A stretch of DNA of 50,175 bases from contig NW_021834260.1 in NCBI RefSeq assembly GCF_006345805.1, positions 1 to 50,175 on the forward strand, given 5' to 3'. This DNA is from Octopus sinensis (taxonomy: Eukaryota). Made by a program: the position numbers and the translations under genes. Of this stretch, positions 1 to 9,706 are shown in pieces. Every line of letters starts with the position of its first letter. The first letter of the stretch is position 1. Below the pieces are notes generated by a model. The model was given only the letters and a program-made list of their open reading frames with translations. It was not told the origin of the DNA and ran no database searches.

Positions 1-874
1 AAAATGCTTAGCGGTATTTCAAATTCCGCCGAGGTCGACTTGCCTTTCATCCTTTCGGGGTCGATAAATAAAGTACCAGTTACGCACTGGGGTCGATGTA
101 ATCGCTTAATACCTATGTTTTCCGTGTTTTGTTCCCTCTGTGTTTAAGCCCCTTGTGGGTAGTAAAGAAATAGGTTTTCGTCTGCCTTTCAATTCCGCCA
201 AGTCGACTTTGCCTTTCATCTTTCGGGTCAATAAATTAAGTACCAGTTACGCACTGAGGTCAATGTAATCGACTTAATACCTATGTTTGTCCTTGTTTGT
301 CCCCTCTGTGTTTAGCCCCTTGTGGGTAGTAAAGAAATAGGTATTTCGTCTGCTGTTCAAATTCCGCCAAGGTCGACTTTGCCTTTCATCCTTTCGGGGT
401 CAATAAATTAAGTACCAGTTACGCACTGAGGTCAATGTAATCGACTTAATACCTATGTCTGTCCTTGTTTGTCCCCTCTGTGTTTAGCCCCTTGTGGGTA
501 GTAAAGAAATAGGTATTGCGTCTGCCGTTACGTTCTAAGTTCAAATTCTGCCGAGGTCGACTTTGACTTTCATCCTTTTGGGGTCGATAAATTAAGTACC
601 AGTTACGCACTGGGGTCGATGTACTCGTCTTAATCCGGTTGTCTGTCCTTGTTTGTCCCCTCTGTGTTTAGCCCCTTGTGGGTAGTAAAGAAAGAGGTAT
701 TTTGTCTGCTGCTATGTTCCGAGTTCAAATTCCGCCGAGATCAACTTTGCCTTTCATCCTTTCGGGGTCGATAAATTAAGTACCAGTTACGCACTGGGGT
801 CGATGTAATCGACTTAATACCTATGTCTGTCCCCTCTGTGTTTAGCCCCTTGTGGGTAATAAAGAAATAGGTAT
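1..874 (+). repeat. Tandem array (about 5 units of 170-190 bp) of an octopus OR-type SINE 3' portion
   Basis: Repeated aaattccgccgaggtcgactttgcctttcatcctttcggggtcgataaattaagtaccag...gtgggtagtaaagaaatag; homologous to solo copy 25313-25512. Confidence 0.85.
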
Positions 875-1075
875 GTGTGTGTATATAATATATAAGTACA
901 TATACATATAGTTGTATGTATATGTATAAGTGCAGGTGTGGCTCTGTGGTAAGTAGCTTGCTTCCACCCACATGGTTCTGGGTTCAGTCCCACTGCATGG
1001 TGCTTTGGTCAAAACCTTGTGAATGGATTTGGTGGGCAGAGAATTGAAGAAGCCCATAGTGTGTATGTTTCTTTG

Positions 1076-1454
1076 TTTTACTTTTACTTGTTTCAGTCAT
1101 TTGACTGCGGCCATGCTGGAGCACTGCCTTTAATCGAGCAACTCGACCCTGGGACTTATTCTTTTGTAAGCCCAGTACTTATTCTATTGGTCTCTTTTGC
1201 GAACCGCTAAGTTACGGGGACATAAACACACCAGCATCGGTTGTCAAGCAATGCTAGGGGGACAAACACACACACACATATATATATATACGACGGGCTT
1301 CTTTCAGTTTCCGTCTACCAAATCCACTCACAAGGCTTTGATCAGCCCGAGGCTATAGCAGAAGACACTTGCCCAAGGTGCCACATAGTGGGACTGAACC
1401 CGGAACCATGTGGTTGGTTAGCAAGCTACTTACCACACAGCCACTCCTGCGCCT
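1076..1454 (-). mobile_element. Octopus tRNA-derived SINE (OK-like family)
   Basis: tRNA-like head AGGAGTGGCTGTGTGGTAAG...GGTTCAGTCCC, central (TA)n/(CA)n, tail GGCAGTGCTCCAGCATGGCCGCAGTCAAATGACTGAAACAAG; family name assigned from memory. Confidence 0.8.
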
Positions 1455-1470
1455 ATGTGTATATATAATT

Positions 1471-1915
1471 TTCTTTTCTTTAAATTGATTCAGCTTTAAA
1501 GCTACGGTCGTGCTGGGGCACCACCATCGGCTGTGCCACACCATTATGTGAAACCTCTTCTGATATGTGGCATTTGGACGAATGAGGGAGTTTGATGCTG
1601 CTCCCTCATCTGTATTTCCTGCCGTGAGGTAGGCTCATCTGGAACCCTTGACAGTAGGAGATCCAGTTTTGTTTTAAAGACACCTACATCCACACAATGC
1701 AGCTCCTTCAAGCATTTTGGAAGTATATTAAAGAACTGTGGGCCCTTGAAACCCAAGCTGTTGCAGTATCTGGTCCTATATTTTGATGGTGATGCTGGGA
1801 TCTTTGGCACTATGCAGTGGTGCCCCATTCTGCTCTTTGTGTAACTTTCAATGCCAAAGTTTGCTACAAGGCCTTCCGGGACTTTCCAGTTGTATATCAC
1901 TGCATATGTCTTCCC
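1471..1915 (-). mobile_element. LINE 3' end remnant (CR1/L2-group RT C-terminus plus 3' tail)
   Basis: ORF 1544-1900 contains KGPQFFNILPK...FKTKLDLLLSRVPDEP, typical of the terminal RT region of CR1/L2-like LINEs, followed by a short tail. Confidence 0.75.
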
Positions 1916-2173
1916 TGCCGTTGTTCTAGGGAGAAGTGTTTATATATGTGTATATATTTATGTGTGTGCCTTTGTGTCTGTGTTTGTCCCCCTAGCATTG
2001 CTTGACAACCGATGCTGGTGTGTTTACGTCCCCATCACTTAGCGGTTCGGCAAAAGAGACCGATAGGATAAGTACTGCGCTTACAAAAGAATAAGTCCCG
2101 GGGTCGAGTTGCTCGATTAAAGGCGGTGCTCCAGCATGGCCGCAGTCAAATGACTGAAACAGTAAAGAGAGAG

Positions 2174-2204
<31 letters not shown>

Positions 2205-3123
2205 CAAAATGGGACAAGAACGCAAAACACTCAAATGGATGACACAAAACACGGACGGGTCATTCGAAGCCTCTAATCTTTAGTCAAGTACCGGATTGAA
2301 ATTGCGAGGATGATCCGGTACTTGACTGAAGATTAGAGGCTTCGAATGACCCGTCCGTGTTTTGTGTCATCCATTTGAGTGTTTTGCGTTCTTGTCCCAT
2401 TTTGTATTTTTATATATATTTTTTAGACATACATATATATATATGTGTGTGTGAGTTTACGTGTGTGTGTGTGTGCATGTATGTATGTGTGTCTGTGTAT
2501 TTGTGTGTATGTATATATGTGTTTATGTGTATCTGTGCATTTCATGTGTGTGTATGTGTCTGCTTGAATGTATGTGTTATGTATTTGTGTGTGTGTAAGT
2601 GTTTAAGTGTTTGCATATGGATGTTATGTGTGTGTATGCTTGTGTATCTGTGTGTGTGTGTATGTATCTGTATGTGTATCAATCTATCTGCGTGTATGTT
2701 AACGCGTACTTTTCAGACGCGTAATATGAGCAGCACACCAAAGACGATATTAATGTGTACACTTAATTATTGAATGTGTACACTAATTAATGCACAAAAG
2801 GTTAATTGCTTGAAATAATATAGGAATTAATAAGTTGACTGTTTACACATTTAAAACACACAGAAACATTCTCTCTTTCTCACACTCATGCACACACACA
2901 GAGAAACACAGCCTCTCTCTTTCACACACACACAGAAGCACAACCACTCTCTTTCTCTCACACACACGCAGAAACTCTCCCTCTCACACCCACAAACGCA
3001 ATCTCTTTCTCTGTCTCTCTCTCGCACACACATATTATCTCACACACACAAACTCTTTCTCAGACACAGAGAGAAACACACACAGACACAGAAACACATT
3101 ATCTCACACACAGACTCTCTCTC

Positions 3124-3158
<35 letters not shown>

Positions 3159-4724
3159 GAAACACACTTTGTCTCTCACAAATGCAAAATCTCCCTCTCA
3201 CACACAGTCTCTCACCCCACCCACCCCGGGGGGATATCTATCCCAGGCCTGAAGCTATTCCTAACAAGTTTCACTTATTCCCCCCACCTCCCAATCTCTC
3301 CGTAACCACACCCTTAATCTTTCCCTAATCCCTAATACCCAACAAAGGAGTCTCCCTGTGGTTATTCAAACGGTTAGAAATAACAGCCAAAAACCCCCCT
3401 CAAAACCTCAACTATCTTTACAGCCTTAAAAAAAAAAACTCAGTGGTCTCGTGATACAACAAAGCCCTACATGTAGTCTTAAATAAATGTGGACATGGAT
3501 ATTTGGTTGAGAAGCTTGCTTTGAAAGCCACATGTCTTTGGGTTCAAATGTCTTCTACTATGGCCAGTGGAGGGAGCATAGCTTAGTGGTCAGGGTGTTT
3601 GACTTGTGATTGGATTCCGTGTGTCTAACACAGGTAATTTAACACAGGTGATGTAACACAGGTAACACTGACACCCGAAAGGCCAAGCCTATATGTGCAA
3701 ATTTTACTTGACATGTCTTATGAAGTACAAGAATGACCTGGAAGTTCACAGCGAAAAATGTAGTCTGTCTAAGGGTTTACTCATCATCAGTCATCATCAA
3801 CCTGTTTTCCATGCTGGCATGGGTTGTGGATGGCTTGACATGAGCTGACCAGCTGGAGAACCACCCAGGCCCCGATTGTCTGTTTTGATTTGGTTTCTGC
3901 TGTTGGATGCCCTTCCAAATGCTAAACGCTTAACAGAGTGTGCTGGGTCCTTTTATGTCCTTTTTAAACCACGATCCTACAACCGCGAGTCTGCTGCCCT
4001 AACCACTGGGCCATTGTGCCTCCACACACGCATACACACACATATATATATAATATATATATATATATAAAGTGGGATGGTCATAACTGGAGTACCTCAA
4101 GCTAAACAAGTAAATCGTTATGTTATGAAAGTAGAGGTGGTGCCCTTCAACAGAAGACCCTACTCTTCACCATCAGGAGCAGTGCTGAATTTAATCGCTT
4201 ACGTTGGCCTTGTGCATAATCTGTTTCCTAATCTCTCAGAGGGATTAAAAAGCAACGTAGGGACACAACTAAAGGATGGGGGGGGGAGTGAGTCTCTAAC
4301 TCCTTTTGTATTCCCTGCTTTCAGAAAAAAGATTACCCTCATTTTTGTAGGGGGGATGGGGTTGTGTGTGTGTAGGGGGGTGTTTAGCCCCAGCTCAGTC
4401 CTTATCCAGCATATCTCTGATTAAAGGTGTTCCAGCTGTGACCACCCTGTCTTTTATTCAGACAGACATTGTGTATATAGGACTACATTATCTAATGTGC
4501 CCTTCTTTGTTATTGTTTAACCCTTGGTTTATTTAATTACCTAATTTTGAATATTAAATCTAATATTCAAAATAATAGTTAAGAAACCAGTAAATTTATT
4601 GGAAATTATTATCCCTTAACGAGGCTTATTTAACCTCTAATTAAACTTTTATATATATTTTTATTTCTGAATATGTGTGTATATATACTTGGTGAATGTA
4701 TGCCTCTGTGTGTGTGTATGTATG

Positions 4725-4761
<37 letters not shown>

Positions 4762-4846
4762 CAGGCTTCTTTCAGTTTCCATCAACCAAATCCACTCACA
4801 ATGCATTGGTTGGCCCAGGGCTATAGCAGAAGACACTTCGTCTTTT

Positions 4847-5043
4847 AGTATGTGACCTCGTCTGTATCACTAGCGATTTTTTTTCCTCTGTCTTCCCTTC
4901 TCGGGACCTTTCCTTCTCCTATGTTTCCGACGAAGAGCTCCGCTCGAAACGTCAAACCCTCCTTCTTCCCTGAGTGTCCAATAATACTTTATTTGTTCCA
5001 CGTCCTTGCGTTGTTGTTTTTATTTTCTTGTTTGGATTAACTT
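4847..5043 (+). mobile_element. Solo Penelope-like pseudo-LTR fragment with hammerhead
   Basis: About 190 bp shared with 47404-47606 (inverted); both end at ...GATTAACTTT/GAATTAACTTT joined to (TA)n. Confidence 0.6.
4923..4957 (+). ncRNA. Minimal type I hammerhead ribozyme motif (Penelope-type)
   Basis: GTTT-CCGACGA-A-GAGC tcc GCTC-GAAA-CG-TC-AAAC: stem I GTTT/AAAC, stem II GAGC/GCTC, palindromic stem III ACGT, cleavage triplet GUC. Confidence 0.7.
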
Positions 5044-5062
5044 TATATATATATATATATAC

Positions 5063-5433
5063 AGGCGTAGGAGTGGTAAGTAGCTTGCTTACCAACCACA
5101 TGGTTCCGGGTTCAGTCTCACTGCGTGGCATCTCGGGCAAGTGTCTTTTATACAGCCTCAGGCTGACCATAGCCTTGTGAGTGGATATGGTAGACGGAAA
5201 CTGAAAGAAGCCTGTCATATATATATATGTGTGTGTGTGTCTGTGTTTGTTCCCCTCACCATCACTTGACAACCGATGCTGGTGTGTTTACATCCACATA
5301 ACTTAATGGCTTAGCAAAAGAGACCAATAGAGTAAGTGCTAAGTTTACAAAGAATATGTCCTGGGGTTGATTTGTTCGACTAAAGGCAGTACTCCAGCAT
5401 GGCCACAGTCAAATGCTGGAAACAAATAAAAGA
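5063..5433 (+). mobile_element. OK-like SINE
   Basis: Head, core and tail match 1076-1454. Confidence 0.8.
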
Positions 5434-5449
5434 ATATATATATATATAT

Positions 5450-6220
5450 ATCGTGAATGTGTCTATATATATATGTAGTGAATGTGTATGTATATATATA
5501 TTTATAGTGAACGTGTATGTATGTATATATATATAGTGAACGTGTATGTATGTGTATATATATAGTGAACGTGTATGTATGTGTATATATATATATATAG
5601 TGAACGTGTATGTATGTGTATATATATATATATATAGTGAACGTGTATGTATGTGTATATATATATATAGTGAACGTGTATGTATGTGTATATATATATA
5701 TATATATAGTGAATGTGTATGTATGTATATATATATAGTGAACGTGTATGTATGTGTATATATATATATATATAGTGAATGTGTATGTATGTATATATAT
5801 AGTGAACGGTATGTATGTGTATATATATATATAGTGAACGTGTATGTATGTGTATATATATATTATATATATAGTGAGATGTGTATGTATGTATATATAT
5901 ATAGTGAACGTGTATGTATGTGTATATATATTATATATATAGTGAATGTTGTATGTATATCTATATATAGTGAACGTGTATGTATGTGTATATATATATA
6001 TATATAGTGAATGTGTATGTATGTATATATATATATATAGTGAATGTGTATGTATGTATATATATATATATATAGTGAACGTGTATGTATGTGTATATTA
6101 TATATATAGTGAACGTGTATGTATGTGTATATATATATATATAGTGAATGTGTATGTATGTGTATATATATATATATAGTGAATATGTATGTATATATAT
6201 ATATAGTGAATGTATGTATG
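5450..6220. repeat. Minisatellite: AGTGAA(C/T)GTGTATGTATGTG + variable (TA)n, about 20 units
   Basis: Direct inspection; unit length varies with the TA tract. Confidence 0.9.
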
Positions 6221-6420
6221 TATATATTGTGCGTGTGTATATGCAAGTGTGTCTACATATTCTCTGTGTATGTATCTCATTTTTTCCTTTTACCTCTTCT
6301 CTGTGTCTGTGTGTGTATGCATGCACACATGTATATTTATATGTATTTATCAACACACGTACTCTGTCACGCACATCTTATACTTATATGTCTCTCTCTC
6401 TCTCTCGTGTACTATTTCAG

Positions 6421-6617
6421 GTCGGTTCGACCTAAAGGAGGAGACCGTTGAAGACCTGCTGTCCACTGCCTGTCTGCTTCAACTGTCCGAGGTGGTGGAG
6501 GCCTGCTGTAACTTCCTTATGAAACAACTCCATCCATCCAACTGTATTGGGATCCGACAATTTGCTGATGCTCAGGGATGTATCGACCTGTACAAGGCCG
6601 CCAACAATTACGTTATG
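6421..6617 (+). CDS. KLHL5: KLHL5-like exon: end of BTB, start of BACK (GRFDLKEE...AANNYVM)
   Basis: Acceptor tatttcag|GT, donor ATG|gtcagt; 197 nt, phase 1 to 0. Confidence 0.95.
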
Positions 6618-9600
6618 GTCAGTGTCTCTCTCTTTATCACTACCTCTACCAACTCTCCCTCTGTCTGTCTCTCTCACCTATCTACCATTATCTATATATC
6701 TAACTGTGGAGTCGCAATGGCTCAGTGGTTAGGGCAGCGGACTCGCGGTCATAGGATCGCGGTTTCGATTCCCAGACCGGGCGTTGTGAGTGTTTATTGA
6801 GCGAAAACACCTACAAAAAGCTCCACGAGGCTCCGGCAGGGGATGGTGGCGACCCCTGCTGAACTCTTTCACCACAACTTTCTCTCACTCTTACTTCCTG
6901 TTTCTGTTGTACCTGTATTTCAAAAGGGCCGGCCTTGTCACACTGTGTGTCACGCTGAATATCCCTGAGAACTGCGTTAAGGGTACACGTGTCTGTGGAG
7001 TGCTCAGCCACTTACACGTTAATTTCACGAGCAGGCTGTTCCGTTGATTCGGATCAACCGGAACCCTCATCGTCGTAACCGACGGAGTGCTTCCATATAT
7101 CTAACTATATCTCTATCTATCTATCTGTCTGCCTAACCTGTCTACCACTATCTGTCTCTTGCTCTGGTCTTTTTCTCTTACCTATGTCTCTCTCTCATCT
7201 CTCTTTCTCTTATCTTTCTCTCTCTCCCTCCCAGCTGTGACAGGATTTGTACCTATCCTTCTATATTCCTCACTCTCTTCCTGTCTTTATCATTAAAGAC
7301 TGCTTCTCCCCCCCTCCCCTCTTGGTACATATATCCACCACTCTACTTAGCTTCATCTTCACCATCATCACTTAACATCCACTTTTCCATACCTGCATGG
7401 AAAAGTAGATGATGATGAAATTTACCTGTATCTGCATCTCAATCACTCTCTTCTTTCTTTCTTTCTCTGGTCTTTGTGTTATTTACAGTCAGTACATCTC
7501 TGTCCCTGGAACAGACACCTTCTCTGTGGTCTCTCCTTTACTTGTTTCAGTCATTTGACTGCGGCCATGCTGGAGCACTGCCTTTAGTCGAGCAAATCGA
7601 CCCCGGGACTTATTCTTTGTAAGCCCAGTACTTATTCTATCGGATTCTTTGCCAAACTGCTAAGTGACGGGGACATAAACACACCAGCATCAGTTGTCAA
7701 GCAATGCTAGGGGGACAAACACAGACACACATACATATATATATATATATATACACATATATACAACAGGATTCTTTCAGTTTCCGTCTACCAAATCCAC
7801 TCGCAAGGCATTGGTCAGCCTGGGGCTAGAGTAGAAGATACTTGCCCAAAGTGCCACGCAGTGGGACTGAACCTGGAACCATGTGGTTCGTAAGCAAGCT
7901 ACTTACCACACAGCCACTCCTGCGTCTATGTACATTGATGTACACCTTCCTCACACATTAAATAACTCAGATGTCTTGAGATGAATTCTGGTAATGAAAT
8001 CATATTTTTTCGGAAACCACCTCATATACATAACATGCTATCGAAAAATTTCTGGACTACTTATGTTTAATACAGTTCTATATTTAAGAGATGAGGAATT
8101 ATCTACATTGTTTACAATTGATGGATATTTCTCCTCATCTTGTTTGTTGTTAACACAACGTTTCAGCTGATATACCTTCCAGCCTTCATATGGCATAGTG
8201 GTTAAGAGTGCAGGCTACTAACCCCAAGATTTCGAGTTCGATTTCAGGCAGTGACCTGAATAATAATAATAATAATAATAACAACAACATCTAAAAATAC
8301 CTTAGGAATGAGAACCCAGGTTCGAAATTTCCCCAAGACACCTGATGAAGGCTATATAGTAGAAGACACTTGCCCAAGGTGCCACGCAGTGGGACTGAAC
8401 CTGGAACCATGTGGTTGGTAAGCAAGCTACTTACCACACTGCCACTCCTGTTATCTAAGGTGTCCTTCCTTGTTTTTTTAACCCCAAGCTAGTTCTGATC
8501 CAGTGGACCTATGATCAAAAGTGCTACAGCCATGAGCATCCTGTTTTTTATTCAGACATAGTGCATCTAGGACTATATTATCTAATGTGTCCTATGTTAT
8601 TTAGCCCTAGGTCAGTTCTGATCCAGAAGACCTATGATCAAACATGTTCTGTGATCATTCTTTCATACAGACAGTTTATCTAGGACTACATTATTTAAAG
8701 TCTCTTACTTGGTCCCTATCATCAAAAGCTTTCCAAATGTGACCATCCTGTCTTTTATTCATGCATAGTGTATCTAGGATTACCTTATCCAGTGTGTTCC
8801 TCCATGCCGAAGATGGTAGGGTGTGATTTTCAGAAGATTCGACTGTCGTTTCTAGGATTTCCTGCAACCATGGCTGTGTGTAGGACCGTGTACATGCTTG
8901 TGTGTGTGTGTGTGTGTGTGCATGCATGTCCCTAGGTGTGTTGACAGTGTAGGTTGTGTGTGTGTGTGTCTATAAGCGTCTGTAGGTTGTGTGTGTGTGT
9001 GTGACATTGAGATATGGAGTGGGAGAGAAAGAAGACAGAATACTGTATGTGTGTGTCTTTGATGAGTCCACACACACATATATATATTGATGTGTGTGCA
9101 CGATGTTGTGACAGGTGGGGGGGATGTTATTATAGTGGTTGTGATGTTGAGATGGGGGGGTGGCATAGGATTATTGTGGTTGTGGAGGGGGGGTGAGAGA
9201 GAGGGCGAGAAGGTGTTAGACAAATGTTGTATGTTTTACTATGTGTTTGATATGAGTGCGTCTGTAGCTGTGTGCATTTGCAGGTGATTGTGTGTGTGTG
9301 TGTGTGTGGTGTGTATGGGGTGTGATGTTAAGATGGCTAGGATAGCGGTGGAGGTGGTGGTGGTTGTAAGTGATTGTAACATGCAAAACAGAGGGGAAAG
9401 GAACCCCCCCCCCCGGAGACAATGTGTGTGTGTGTGTGTGTGTTTTTATAGGCGTGTTTAGTACTTTGTAGGTTGTGCATGTGTGAGATATTGAGACGGG
9501 GGGGGTGATGGTGGTGGGTGGGTGGGTGGGGTGTAAGACATGCGAGAGACAATGTGGGTCAGTGTGTGTGGATGTTTTAAGCCTCTGTGTGTGTGTGACA

Positions 9601-9668
9601 TTGAGACGTGGTGATGGACAATACTGAAAGACAATAGTTGTACTTCTGTGTGTGTGGATGTCTTTGAG

Positions 9669-9706
<38 letters not shown>

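Noticed and set aside
741-1544. Recurrent short ORFs such as [18 protein letters not shown] and [10 protein letters not shown]
   Set aside because: They recur wherever the same SINE occurs and are SINE reading frames, not genes
5546-6374. Long Tyr/Ile/Val/Cys ORFs (also 9216-10307, 14729-15082, 49534-50150)
   Set aside because: Translations of (TA)n/(CA)n microsatellites and minisatellites; no splice sites or domain content
1-6420. Search for the upstream BTB-coding exon of KLHL5
   Set aside because: No segment encoding the expected BTB N-terminal motifs was found; it presumably lies upstream of the window
6706-6780. tRNA-like sequences (also 8190-8267 and SINE heads)
   Set aside because: A and B boxes present but no complete cloverleaf; they continue directly into SINE bodies
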